Below, piece by piece: positions 13,730-27,769 of a DNA stretch of 64,000 nucleotides; within the stretch, counting starts at the first letter, position 1; the number at the start of each line of letters is the position of its first letter. The notes under the pieces were generated by a model. It ran no database searches. It saw nothing but the letters and a program-made list of their open reading frames with translations, and was not told the origin of the DNA. Made by a program: the position numbers and the translations under genes. Source of the stretch: Rhina ancylostomus. Its lineage: Eukaryota. The DNA lies in assembly GCA_030265395.1 (NCBI GenBank), contig JARFYF010000017.1:22919937-22983936 (forward strand), in the 5' to 3' direction.

Positions 13730-14770
13730 AGGCCATAAGAAATAGAAGCAGGGGTAGGTCATGTGGCTGCTTCATTTGATGTGCTATTCACTGAGAACTT
13801 TGTCTATCCCCATGGTGTTCCTTGATTCCTCTTAATGTTCAAAAATGTATTGACTTCAGTTCTGTATATGCTCCAAGTCTGAAGTACACACACCTCCATG
13901 TAAAGAATTCTAGAGATTAATAATCCTCTGAGTGAAGAAGTGTGCCCTCATTTAAATCCTCCAGGGATGATTCCTTTTTCTGAGCTCATGCCTTCTAGCT
14001 ATTGACTCTCCAGCCATTGCAAAAATGCTCTCACCAGTTAGAAGCTCTCACAGAATCTTATGTGGTTTAATGAGATCATCTCTAATTATTCTAACTCCAG
14101 TGAGTACAGGCTCATTCTGCTGAATCTCTCCTCAAAAGTTAGAACCCCTCTTCTCAGCTATACTACCTCTGAGACAAATTGACAAGGAAACCAAAAATAA
14201 AAGGAAATACTTATTCTTGCACTCCATCCCAACTTACAGTAAACACCAGGATAGTATTTGCCTTTCAAATTGATTGCTGTACCTGAGCAATGACTTAGTG
14301 TTTTATGAACCAACCCATCAGGTCCCTATGAACACCAGCAGATACTAGTTTTTCACTATTCAAAGGAAAATTCTCATATTTTCCTACATTGTGCTCATCT
14401 TGCATCTTTCATCTTCTTGCTACTCATTTAATCTGACTTTATATGCCTTTGCAGATTATTTATATGTTCCTTGTTGCCTACTTTCTCACCTAACTTTATA
14501 TCATCAGTTAACATGAATACATTACACCTGATCCCTCAAAGATTACAAACAGCTGAGATGTCCACACTGATCCTTGTGCACTAATCCCTATTTATTACAG
14601 CCTTCAAAACTAAAAATGATGTATTTTTCCTGGTAACTAATCTTCAATCCATGCCTAACATTTAAACCAATTTTGTATTAATTTTTCCTGTAACACCATG
14701 TTGACTGCCTTCTGAACATCCAAAGGTACTATATTCCTTTTCACCCTGTTGGTTACATCCTCAAAAACCT
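13730..14770 (-). mobile_element. Old CR1 LINE remnant
   Basis: Starts CATAAGAAATAGAAGCAGGGGTAGG (reverse-complemented CR1 3' end) and continues through decayed ORF2 sequence. Confidence 0.65.
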
Positions 14771-15884
14771 CAAATATATTTGTTCAACACACTGGAACCA
14801 TGTTCACAATGCGTAGCCATATTGTGAAGTGTCCTGTCACACTTCTTAGCTTTGGATTCTTGCATTTTCCCAACCAAGGTCAAGCGAACTGATGTGTAAT
14901 GCTGTGCATTTTTCTGCATTTTGGAATTTTTTGCAAAAGTTGTTGCCTGGGAATTCATGCCTCCTTGGCAGTGCGAAATGTGCAGTATAGTAGCATCAAG
15001 ATATTATGCTCTACCTAGAAATTCAGTTCCATTGAAATCAGTAGAATTAGCACAACAAACTGATGCTACAATTTAGCATGTTTAGCTCTTCCAACCTGGG
15101 ACGAATGCCTAAGCTATTTTTTTTGTTGTCATGTAGTATTTTACTACAAGGAAGGTTATTTAGTTTAACCAACCTGGCAGGAAGCATATCTGATCACATC
15201 CCTACTTTAGATACGGCTTGATTTTACTTTATTTTGAAATCAATGGGGAGTAAAATAAGGTACCAGGTAAAATGAGTTGCTGATCTGATTATTTCAATTT
15301 TTTTGCAATGTGAGTTAGATCATCCCCTAGAGATTACTTTTGTGGGAAAAATGAGTAATGTTGCAGACATTTTAAGGTGAATTTAAGGTTGTCTAGTTAT
15401 AGTTCTTTGTTATTTCATTGCTTCATGAGATGTAATTTCATTTTATCTCAATATCTAATTTTTATTAGAGGCAAGGCTTGTTCTATTTCTGAAGGTAATT
15501 GATGTGACCATAGTTGTTTGAGCTGTATGCAATTGCATGTTTCTGATTTGCCCTAAATTTACCCTAAATACTGCTGTGTTTAGCTAATGGGAAAATGCAA
15601 ACCCATTTGAGAACTTCATGCTACTAATATTTCTTGAAATTACACCAGACAAGGATTGTGTTAATTAATGCTCTCAGGTATTGAGCGTACTAAATTATAC
15701 AGGGTCACAGAGAGGGCACCTAAATAGCACAGCACAAACATTGTCCACATCCACCAACCCAAACAGACCAGAAATTTAACAGTGGTTAATTGTTCACACC
15801 AGCGATCAGAGCGGGGGGCAAGAGCACTGAGCGCCGGCTGATGGGATGGAACGGGATGAGCCAGGCAGCACCATGAGCCAGGCA

Positions 15885-16425
15885 GTTGGGCCAAATGTAA
15901 GAGGAAAGTATACAGTAAATGACAGGACCCTTGGGAGGATTGATGTACCGAGGGAACTGGAGGTGCAAGTCCTTAGAATCGTGAAAGTGGCAACATAAGT
16001 GGATAAGGTGGTAAAGGCAGCGGAAGGCATACTTGCCTTCACTGTTAAGGATAAAAATATCAGAGGTTGAGGGTCGATCTGATAGAAGTACATAAAATCG
16101 GGAGGGGCGTAGACAGGGTAGATAGTCAGAGTCTCTTTCCCCAGGTTGTCAAATACTAGAGGGCATAAAGTGAGAGTGGGAATGTTGAAGGGAGACTTAC
16201 GAGGCAAGTTTTTTTTACACAGAGTGGTAGATGCCTGGAACGCACTGCTAGGGAAGGTGGTGGGAGCAGATCCAATGGCAATATTTAAGAGACATTTAGA
16301 CAGGCACATGAACAGGCAGGGAATTGAGGGGAAACAGACCACAGACAGGCAGTTGTGAAGTTTTGATTGGCACAGACATTGTGGGCTCAAAGGCCTGTTC
16401 CTGTGCTGTACTGTTCTATGTTCTA
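15885..16425 (+). mobile_element. CR1 LINE 3' fragment
   Basis: SNTRGHKVRVG...FFLHRVVDAWNAL...FKRHLDRHM and the terminal TGTACTGTTCTATGTTCTA. Confidence 0.9.
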
Positions 16426-19400
16426 ATGTGAAGGCTTTTTCTGGCACATCACCATTCCTTCCACAGATGGGTGATTTTCTAATGCTTACTCTCTGGGAAT
16501 CCAGACATTTCTCTTCCAGCCTGATGGACTTGAGTTTTGTAAGGTGCTTCTACATATCGATTTTAGGGTAGCTTTGTCCAATAGTCTGCTTTTGCCAGTA
16601 AGACCATTTCGAACCCCATCTCTAGAAATTGACACTCCAAACTTGTATGCAAGTTTTCTTTTCTGGGAGCAGATGTTAAGGAGTCCATGGAACTATCCAT
16701 ATAAAATGCTGTACAGACTTGCTAGAACCTCTTCCTAATAATCTGCTCATTAAAGCACTTAGTCAAAAAAGTATTTTCTCATTCTTACAAATATTTCTGC
16801 ATGTTTATACAATAACTGTTGGGGAGAAATGTTTAATCATCATGATGCTAACTTTTCAAAATTAGGTCATGCTCTCATAGCCTAAGACCTGGAAAGGGCT
16901 CTATTATTATTGGTTGTCTGTTGCATAGGGAGATTATCAATTCCCAACATAGTTCTATTATGTTAAATAGGTTTGTAATCTCGCAGCAAAACCAGTCATT
17001 GAGCTCTGGGAGAAGGAGGTGTAGACTGATGCATTCAGAATTGCCTACAAATTCATCCTTGGCTGGATGCACTAAATACGTTATATAATCATAACAACAC
17101 TTTGCACTCTGCCTACGAAATTCATTCCATTGAAGTTATTGAAACTGTATTTCAGAGGCGGAGTACCATCCACACTATATGACATATTTAACTGAGCAAG
17201 GATGAATGCCTGGGCAATTATAACTTTTGTCACCTGATTGGTTTGATCACTTGTTTTCAGAAAGTTTGCCATTAAGCCAATTAGAAAATGTCAGCATCAA
17301 ACTGATCAGCAGAGAGCTAACAAAAAGAAAATTCTCATTTGCCAACTATTTCGTGGAAAATGCAGCAAGATGCTTAGACTGATTGGACACACTGTACATT
17401 GATCCATTGTGATTTCAGCTTACATCCACTGCACACTCATACAAACTTGGTATATAAATGGTGAAACTTGGAAACACTAAAGATGTAAGCTTCTAACTAT
17501 GACCAGATGGTTGGCAAACCGTGCACAGAATTTGCCTTGCTGTAGTATGCTTAAGGCTCCTCATTAACTGTACAAAGTTGAAAAATTTCCATAATTAGAG
17601 AATGAACTAATGTTTTAACTTTAAGACAGGTTTTCTGCCTCCTCTTGTTAACAGTCCCTAATCTCAAACTCATGTGCAGCTTGGGGTGTATGTATCAAAG
17701 GGGAAAACACATCAGTGATGATAACTTGATTGAATCAAATAAGTTTATTTAATAAATTTTCCATGAAAGCTATCTATTTTTCACCTGCACAAATGTATCC
17801 TCTGTTCAGCAAGTTACGTGCCAGTATTCTTGTTTGGATATCTTCTGTATGACATTTTAGAATAGCTCAAGTGACAGCTGCCCTCATTTAAGGTCTAGGA
17901 TAATGGCATACAGAGTCACATACTGTTACTGTGGAGGATTCTCTATCTCAAGCAAGGCAAACAAAGGTGTCTGGCTGGCCATTTCTGACATTAGGGAAGG
18001 GCTACTGGCATTGACTTCCATTCTCTCAGGTCCACCATACCTTTCAGAAGGCACTGAAAGGTGCTCAGAGGAGTTGCTCAGAGGAGTCAGTGATGTTCAT
18101 TTCCCAATGACAGGACATTATTACACCCATAGTATCAGTGGCCTTAATTTAGGGCAATTTATTCCAAAATTATCCATCCTGAAATGAATAATCAAATAGG
18201 ATTAGTGTGGGATTAGCATAAATGGGTTCTTAATGGTCAGCATGAACTTGGTGGGCTGAAGGGCCTGTTTTTGCACTGTATGACTGTATCACACTTTGGC
18301 TGTTGGACAGTAAATACAGTTGGAAGCAACACTGCACCATTTACAATTCTAACTAGCCATTCTTTCCAATGATAACCTATGTGTTTAAGGTGAATATTGT
18401 TTTAATTGCTGCATTTTATATCGTGTCAACTATGCTGCTGACTGACCTTGCACTGTGCTGGTGGGACTCCTTACATGGTGTCCAATGGGACAATGCATAT
18501 TTCCACACATTTCCCACAAGTTAGATTGGGAAATTTGCCCTATGAGTCTGCATCAGGTTAAATCTATTGCAAGTGAATGGTCCTATTCAAATGAATGGGA
18601 AAATTAGCTGCTTGGAGCTGTTATTGATTTAATTAAATTAAATGTTTTGAACAGGTTGCTAGTGGTTTTGTATATTTATGAATGTTAGTCATTACATAAC
18701 ATAGACACCATTGACAGTGAGTTTAGAGAGCTGCGCCTCGCCAGCTGTCAAAGCCATTCTGTGTGTGCAGATGGCCATCTGTGCCAAGACAGCCCTTCCA
18801 CTGCATTCCACCATTCAATGTGCTGGAAGTTGAGTTTCCAGTGGAGGACAGTGTAAGGACCACATTGAATCAAACAACATGATCCAGGGGAAAATGGCCA
18901 ACAGTCTAGAGGAGGCAGAAGATCTATCCAATTTCCGCTTGTTAAAGAGCTAAGCTGATCATTGTGGCTCTGTTTTGTTTGGTGAACAGTGAATATCATG
19001 AAATTGTGCAGAGAAAACTTCATTGCTCTTATGTTCTCATCAATTATATCTTGCAAGATCAATTTCTCCAAGAGTCCCAAAGGCTAACATTATGAAACAC
19101 AAAACTTTGCGCTAGTTTTACACTCAGGAAACCCTTAATTGTTTAACATGATTGTTATAAAGGCATTCAAATGTAATATGGTTTGACAAATAATAATTGC
19201 AAGATTTTATTTGATGAATTTTTTATTTTCTTCAACTGCAGTAAACACTTTTAATAAATACTAAGGATTTCCCATTACTGCAGGGCATCTAAGACATAAT
19301 AATTAGTAAGGATTGGTATGTGATGGTTGGTATGGATATGATGGGCCAAAAGGTCTATTTCTGATTTGATATTTTAATGATATATCATTCATTCAGTTTT

Positions 19401-19426
19401 GTGCAATATGATTTTATATTTTACAG

Positions 19427-19501
19427 ATTGTTGCTCAAAAGAAAATGACAAAACCCTTGTTCCTGAAGTATGGAAAATATGCCGGGAAGTCCACGATTAC
19501 G
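19427..19501 (+). CDS. CPNE7: Copine-7-like coding exon, 75 bp
   Basis: ttttacag|ATT...ACG|gtgag. Encodes IVAQKKMTKPLFLKYGKYAGKSTIT, in frame with the previous exon. Confidence 0.95.
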
Positions 19502-21974
19502 GTGAGCATTGGTATTCATCAGTGAGAGGAAAGATTAATAATTTTAATAATGTAACTGAGCAAGATTTAAATATTTCTTATTTAGTTTGTTGATTATACT
19601 TGAGAATGGATTGGATATCGTAATATCTCATTGGTGAGCTCCTTTCATACGGCAGAGGAACTGTTGTAGTTTTACATTCAAGTGATTAAATCATAGTTGC
19701 ATAGGATGCAAGTATGTGTACTCTGCTGCTTCCATTGCATTTGTAAATTGGCATTGTTCCATGGTCTTTTTTGCATGGCTACATTCAGAGTTTTAATGTT
19801 CCATTTCTCCATGAGACATCGGCATCTGCTGTGGTTTGTCCATAAGCATCATCCAGTACGCCACCCCCACCCTGCCTCATTCACTCTTCCTTTTTCATCT
19901 TTTCTAGATGCAGCAGGGTTTCAAATATTTAACTGTCAATCACACACTGTCTGTGATCACCTTTCCATTACTTTCATTCTTTCTTTTCTGTACTTCTAAT
20001 TATTGCCTTCAGTTCCCACATATTGTTACTGATACAATACTGCACAAGCAATACCGTATGCTCATATTTTCTGTTGTTGAGACTTTGCTATACAGGCAAT
20101 AACGTGTGCATTTTTCATTACCTTTTCTTGAATTTTATCAGTTATTTATTATATCATATGATATTCTCTGAGTGACAAGCTTTATTCATCACTTTTTATG
20201 CATTGATCTTTGATGTCATTCCTTCTTTTACTTTTAAGTTATTATAGCTTCCTGGAGTATGCACAGAGGTTGGTGGGGTGGGTGGCAAAGTTTCATTAGG
20301 CTCCTACCACTAATCATTAAGTATGTTAAGAACATGTTTTTATGTATGTATTTACCAGGTTGCTTAACAGCAGAAAAGCTTACATTGATATGGATACACC
20401 TGGTAAACACCAAGTACTGCTCTCTCTGGGTTTTAACCAACCTAAAGCCATTTTTCCAAACCTATTCATCCTTTCTGCTCGAGCCTTACTGTTGGTTCAA
20501 TACAGGGCAAATCATTCCAATGGCATAGTCACATCCTGTTCCCTCAGTGCTATGTTTGTTGTGGAGTTTAAGTGAAGAGATTGAGAGTAACATTAAAACA
20601 AAGAAAATGGATTTGAAAGGGAAAATGCTATGCTNNNNNNNNNNCGAGAAGAAAGATAAATACAGAGATAATTAATTTACATCAGGTGAACTGGAAGAGA
20701 TGAAGAAAATAGTAAATCAGTACTAATAAAAAGGTGAGATAAAGAAGGAATAAGATTCTGAGAGTGAAATAAGAATAAGATGTAAATTAGGGAATACTTT
20801 TTGGATGGGGAATAAGATTAGCCAAAGGACTGGTAGAAGCTGGCTCTTTGATGGATCATAACAGTTAGTATTCAGGGTCTTATTTTGAGAAAATGTTAAT
20901 CTTGATGAACAAACTGCAATCTAAAGATAATTTAGACTCCTGCATCTCTCATTACCTTGCACGGATTTATTAAAACAAAGGTCTTTTTAATTATCAATGC
21001 AAAATGAGAATTTCAGTAATAAATATTCTTTCCAAGTGGGTTGTTTAATAAGGATAAATTAGCATGGCATTAGCAAATAATTATTATTAACTCTGTTTTC
21101 ACTACCTGACTGTTTTATGTTTAAATGCTAATTAGAATTTTCTTATTGGTGCTGTGGAATGAATCTTGTTCACTGATTGAATGAAGGATTCAGAAACCTT
21201 ATACAGCATGTCAGAAGTTGAGTAATTGGAGTGGAATAGGAAATTCCAAGTTATTTCTCACAGCCAGTTGGTGATGTGAAGTGGAGGTTTACGGAGGATA
21301 AGGAAATGGTTTAAGTGGCAAACTGATGTATCTGGAGGAAAAGGATGTGCAATGAAGGATCATAGTGGGCTGTCTCCAGGAAGCCAAAGCCAAGACTTAC
21401 CTATTATAGTTTTGGGTAGAGGATTGTGAGGGAAGAAACTTGAGGAAACTGGGCCAGAATGTACGCATGTGGAGCATGCCGTCATTTCCATGGGGAACTG
21501 AGGGCCCATTAGTGTTTATCAAAATGGTCTGTACTTCCATGCTTGTGCACTGCAGTTTTCTGGAGATCAAACCTCTCAGTGTATCCCTGGACTCACTACT
21601 GGATCCATGGGCATTCTGTAATTTTAAGTACTGAGAGACTGGATACATTTTGTACTTGCCCTTTCATAACTAATGCATCTAATTTAGTGCCATTCTTCTA
21701 AATGGAATCACCAACCTCCTTTAAAAAGTTTAGCTAAGTTTTCAGTTTATTTTGTTTTCATTGTATACTTATTTTTAAAATTAATTAATAGAAGTTTAGT
21801 ATGTTTTATATTTTTTTAAATTTCTTTTGCAATTATAAATTTATCTAATTGCTTAAATCAATTTCAGAGATGATTTAAAAAAAGTGAAACTAGCCTTGGA
21901 CCCATAATCTGGTGGGATTTCTGATGTGGCGATGGTGGAGGGAAGGTTTAAGTCATAAATGAGTGGGAGTACAG

Positions 21975-22257
21975 TGTCACAATGTTGATCCGGAGCAAAC
22001 TCACAGGGAACCCAAATATGGCACACTGATACAAGACTGGAGTCAGGATACTTCCTCAGGACAAACACAGGCAGTAACTGGAAGNNNNNNNNNNNNNNNN
22101 NNNNNNNNNNNNNNNNNNNNNNNNNNNNNNNNNNNNNNNNNNNNNNNNNNNNNNNNNNNNNNNNNNNNNNNNNNNNNNNNNNNNGCATGGAATCCATGTG
22201 CTGGACAACAAGGCATTAATGGAGCCAAATTGAGGGCCAGAACTCAGAACCATGACA
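21975..22257 (-). mobile_element. LTR element (solo LTR or gap-collapsed element) with 5-bp TSD
   Basis: Termini TGTCA...TGACA, flanked by TACAG at 21970..21974 and 22258..22262. Contains a 100-N gap. A second copy lies at 1..154. Confidence 0.75.
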
Positions 22258-22469
22258 TACAGTGGCAGAGCACTAAGAGAAACCTGCAGTGAGAGGCAAA
22301 TCATTAGCATCATCTGCAAGTGCTTCCAAGTGCTGTTCCCCAAAGGCTCTGCCCTGCTTAGATAAGAGCCCTGGATGTATCCCTGAAACCAGCCTCACAT
22401 CTGTTGTGAATGATTGCTTCTGCATGAGGACTTGCACCATCTGTGGGCCAAACATGCACAACCGGGTTT

Positions 22470-23115
22470 CAGCAAACGAAGGCAAATAGAATGTTGGCCT
22501 TTATTGGAAGGTTAATGGAGTATAAAATAAGGGAAGCTTTGATGCAACTTTACAGGACACCAAAGCTATGGTGTATAGCTTTGATCTCCATATTTAAGGA
22601 AGGATGTGCATGCATTGGAGGCAGTGCAGAAAAGGTTCACAAAGTTGCTTCCTGGAATGAAGTGGTTGAGGTTTGAAGAAAAGTTGAGTGGATTGGACTT
22701 AAACTCATTGAATTATAGAAGAATGAGATGATCTTATTGAAACATATAAGATTCTGATGGAGATCAACAGAGTCAGTGCTAAGGGATATCTCCCCTGGTG
22801 GGATACTGGAACTAGTGGGTCTATTTTCAGAATAAGGGGTCACCAATTTCAGATGGAGATGAGGAGAAACTTTCTTCCTCAGGATGAATTGTGAATCTTT
22901 GAAATCCTCATCCACAGCTCTCTGGGCTGTTGAAGTCATTGAATATATTGAAGGTGGTGAATAACAGACATTTAAATCACAAGGGAATCTAGTCATATAG
23001 GGAGACTGTGGGACAGTAGTGCTGGATCAGCCGTGGTGTTATTGAGTGATAGAACAGGCTCAAGGGGCTAATTGGCTCACTCCTGCTCCTGTTTCTGATA
23101 TTTTTATGTCCTTAT
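22470..23115 (+). mobile_element. CR1 LINE 3' fragment
   Basis: KANRMLAFIGR.MEYK motif followed by CR1 3' sequence. Confidence 0.8.
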
Positions 23116-23605
23116 GAAATGGCTTCTGTCAGTTTACATATCAGGTTGTTTATATGCAAAACAATGTCCTTTGTTAATGATGCAGTACGTACCCAATTGT
23201 TATCAGTTATTGATCTGATAAAATTATATTGCATGTCACATGTAAATATCGAGCTATGCATATAATTCTGAAGCCGATAGATTTTCAAGTTACAGTAAAA
23301 TAAGGATGTAATATTGGCATGTTTTTTTTATAGCCTATCAAGTGTGTTATTTTTAGTAAAGCACGAATAATCCGTGAGAACATTTTGAGCATCTGTATAT
23401 GAACAGTTTGTTCATGATAGTGATAATGTTGTGTTACGAACCAGCAACAAAAGAAACACACCGAAACATGTATAAGTGTTAAAAACTACTTTATTAATAA
23501 CTACTNNNNNNNNNNNNNNNNNNNNNNNNNNNNNNNNNNNNNNNNNNNNNNNNNNNNNNNNNNNNNNNNNNNNNNNNNNNNNNNNNNNNNNNNNNNNNNN
23601 NNNNN

Positions 23606-23677
<72 letters not shown>
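23606..23677. repeat. (CA)n microsatellite bordering a gap
   Basis: Perfect CA run seen directly. Confidence 0.98.
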
Positions 23678-23680
<3 letters not shown>

Positions 23681-25179
23681 AAAAAGGGACACTCACTAAT
23701 AGTCCTAGTCCGTAACAGTTGGTAAACTTGACAGTTGAGTTCTATAACTTGCAGAATAGTTGGGAAAGATAGGATTGAGACTACATGCATATTATTTATA
23801 GGAATACAACAATGAACAAATCTGAGTGGATTAATTCTATAACAAAATGACATGAGACTACACATATATTTTTGTCTAATAATGACTGCTTTCTGGGTAC
23901 CCTTTCTTTGCGTCATCCAAGATTTTAGATTTCTTCAGGATCTAATAGAACACAGCAGCATTGAAGATTTTCAGCCACTCCTAATATTATAATTGGTCCA
24001 GTACATTGCAGAGCTAATGCTGAATTCAAAGCATATATCCAATAAACTAAATTAACCTTTAGGAGAAAAGGCTACTTTTAGTAAATATTTTTAAAAATGC
24101 AGTAGAAATTACTGCCTGTAAATTTGATGGAAACAGAGTCAAATTACTTTTAGAAGGGAATTGGAAAAGTGCTTGAGGGAGAATAATTTGCAGGACATTG
24201 GGGAAAGAGCAGGGAATGGGACCAATGGGATTGCTCTACTCAGAACTGGCACAGTCTCGATGAGCCAATTGGCCTCCTTCAGTGAAGTAATATTTCCAAA
24301 TTTCTGTGAGAATGATCTGCAAAGCTGAACAATTTGCAAGCAGTAACATTAATTTTTGTGCTGGCATTGCACCAAAGCAGAAATAGGCTTGAGAGTGTTG
24401 ACATGTCCCTTTTTTGTTTAATGCTTCTTCAGCCCTCTCCCATCCCCCCTCATTTACTCTCAATAGTGTCACTCAAAATCAAAGCTGAGTGGATGCCAAT
24501 TACTATTTGCACAAAATCAAGCAAATTGTGCCTTGCTGTTTTGTACCCCTAATGAGTCATAAACTGGGATGAATATATGGAGTTAACTAGTTGTTCCTGG
24601 ATGACATTTATTATTGTCCACTTCTCTCTCGAATGTCAGACCAGACAATTTAATTAAAGTGGTTGTAATTAAAGGGGTTTTCATGGGTTCTGTTGTTTTT
24701 TTTATAATTTGTTTATTAGTTCAATATTTCCATGTGCTTTACAGAACAGAAGCAACATAAGCTGCTGCCATGTGATTATCAGGATTTCTGCTTGGTATAC
24801 TTATTGTCACTACATGTTGTTACACACAGCTGAAATGAAAAAGGGATTAAAGGAAAGGTTCATAATACATTTAACTGTATCCACAAACCTAACTGAGTAA
24901 ACTGAGACTGGGTGTAAATGGGATAAATTTGCAGTTTGTTGCCTGAAGGNNNGGGAAAAATGTCACTGCATTGTTCCTCCCCCATTAGATACTTGCAATA
25001 ACAGATGGTTAATCTATAATTCCCAAATCAAAATGAAAACCTACCCTGATATCAGAGATCCTCATTGTTGTGATCACCAGAATGTAATACTTACCCAGTG
25101 CATCCTCCTAAACTGGATAGGATTTGCTTAAGTACACAATTGCAATGTTACACCAGTTCCAGGGCCTTGACTACAATTT

Positions 25180-25730
25180 GAACATAGAATTGTACAGCAC
25201 AGGAATAGACCTTTCAGCCCATTATGTCTGTGCTGAGCATGATGCCAAATTAATCTGATCCCTTTTGCCTGTACATGATCCATATCCCTTCAGTCCATGC
25301 ATTTTCCATGTACCTATCTAAAAGCATCCTGAACACCACTATTGTATCTGCTTCCATTACCGACCTTGGCAGTGCATTCCAGGCACCTACCACTCTCTAT
25401 AAAAATACTTGCCTTGCACATCTCCTTTGAACTTTCCCCCACTCCACTCACCTTAACTCAATGCCTTCTGGTATTAGACATTTCTAGATTCTAGTTGTTT
25501 ACCCTATGTATGCCACTCATAATTTTATAAACTTCTGTCAGGTCTTCCCTCTGCCTCTGACACTCCAGAGAAAACAATCCAAGCCTCTCCTCATAGCTAA
25601 TACCCTCTAATCCAGGCAGCTTCCTGGTGAACCTCTTCTGAGCCCTCCCCAAAGCCTCCACATCCTTCCTGAAATGAGATGACCAGAATTGCAACAGTAC
25701 TCCAAGTTTGACATAACCAGAGGTATAAAT
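25180..25730 (-). mobile_element. CR1 LINE 3' fragment
   Basis: Minus ORF LQFWSSHFRKDVEALGRAQKRFTRKLPGLEGISYEERL. Confidence 0.9.
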
Positions 25731-27769
25731 GAGGGGAACATGGACCATGCATGTATTGTGCAATTGCAAGACGTAAGGAAAAGCTCAATCATTTGTCCCT
25801 AAAGGAATCACAGATGGTTGTTTAAAATATTCCTTTGGAATCACTGAACTCACCCGCAGCTCCAAGCATGACATAGGTTAAGGATAGCCCATCGCTGGAT
25901 CGTTCATTTCTCATGGTACCAGAATGGGTAGCTAATCCTATTGTCACGTGCAGCCTCCACCTGATGCAAAATCCAAGCAATTTCACCCCATTCACTTTTA
26001 TATTTAATCAGTGGTTGGTCTAACTTGAATTGTGGGCCTAGAGTTTGGGAAGGATTGTTTTTGATATTGCTCAACTTTTTGGAGAAATTCATTCCCAGTT
26101 TCCACTATCCACTTTGATGAAGAGAAGCTTCCCGATTTTATTTAACTCTAATGTTCTGATGATGTCAATTTGTTCTGGATTACCACATCAATAAAATTGA
26201 AAACTGTTGTCCATTTTATGCTGAGGATGCTGGTGGTGGAGCATGGAGAGAGTGGATGGAAATTTCAGAGCTGATCCCAAGGGTTCCCGAATTGAATTTC
26301 TGTTGGCGGATATGCCAAAAGCTTCCTGTTATGCATGGCGCAGGGATTGATTAGGCCAACAAAGGCGATTAAATCTATGTTGAGCAAGTGGAAGAATTGA
26401 CATGAAAGTACATTGACAAAGTAGTAGCAGAGACAGAGCCATATTGAATAAGCGACAGGGCAATCCAAAGATAAAGAGATTAATGTCATGTCGGACAGAC
26501 AAGGAGGGGAAACAAAAAGCTTAAAAAGCAAGTTACTTATCTACTAGGAACCTATTGAAATATGCTAGGTGATCGCAGAAGTTGAACAGTAAATATTGTA
26601 TGTCTTTATTACATTATATTCCTCTCTCTTTAACACTTACTATGCACGAACATCTGTACAAATAGGAAGCCTTTACAAATGATTTTTTAAATTTGACATT
26701 TGACTTCCAAAAAGTATTACAAGAACTTTATCTAGACTTGTTCCTGCCTGCCCTACTGCATTGACATCATATAGGAGTGTTTGTAAGCTCTGCTGTAAAT
26801 TGTTTGGCCACATTTCATTCAGGAATGGCTGTGGCTGTTGATTATACTGACTTTCAATGGGTTTCACACTGGAACTAGCTGTACTGAGACCTCTGGAGGG
26901 ATTTGGGTTAAAGGGCAAGCAATTGTGTATCTCATTAATCAATTGGATTGGAGAATTCTTAATGAGCCAGGCTCCAACATGGATGTTATTAATAGGAAGG
27001 TGGGACAAGGGTGGAGTTTCAAGTGGGAGAGCTAGAAACCTTGACTTTTCACCATATTGTTGAGCTTTGACTACTGTGGCATGTCTCTTTTTTAACTGTT
27101 GTCTTTCAGACTGGAAGTCACCCTAATTATCAGTCTTGGTTTCTGATTACTGAAGGAGCATGCTACCACATCAGGAATTTGCAGGTGCTCCTGGGTACAT
27201 GGGAGTGGGGAGGGCGCTCTAATTCTCAAGTTTGGGCAAAGGGTGGGATTTGCTAATTTCAGGTTATTTGATTTTGCAGGACATGTTGGGCTAGTTGCCG
27301 TAAGTATGGGTTATGATTGAGGGAGAATGGTGTAACATATATCACATACAAAATTGATCTGCCAATATTATTTGTCATCCCTTTAAGGATCACTCCATGT
27401 GATGAATGGCTCCTTGTACTGAGGCAGCTGGAAAGAAAGCAATCTTAAAGATGGCTGTATGATGCTCCATGAACAAAGTACCTTTGCTGATAAATAGAGC
27501 AAAACAGAACAGCAGAAGCTAGAAATCAAAAACAAAAGTAGAAAAAACTAGAAGCATTCAGCAGGTCAGGCAGCATCTGTGGGGAGGGAAACAAAGTTGG
27601 CATTTCAGATCAAGAACTCGCCATCATAACTTGGAAAGTGAGAAATCAAGCATGTTTTCAGTTGCAGAGAGGAAAGGGGTGGGGGGAGGGATATCTGTCA
27701 TCGAGCGTAGATTAAAGTTGACAAAGTAACATTTTCTCTGAGATTCTCTGAAGAGGAGCCATAACCTTT

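Noticed and set aside
15806-16447. 213-aa minus-strand ORF
   Set aside because: It is the antisense frame of a CR1 fragment, not a gene.
23412-23916. ORFs with CVCVCV or HTHTHT repeats
   Set aside because: These are translations of the (CA)n microsatellite and the N-gap.
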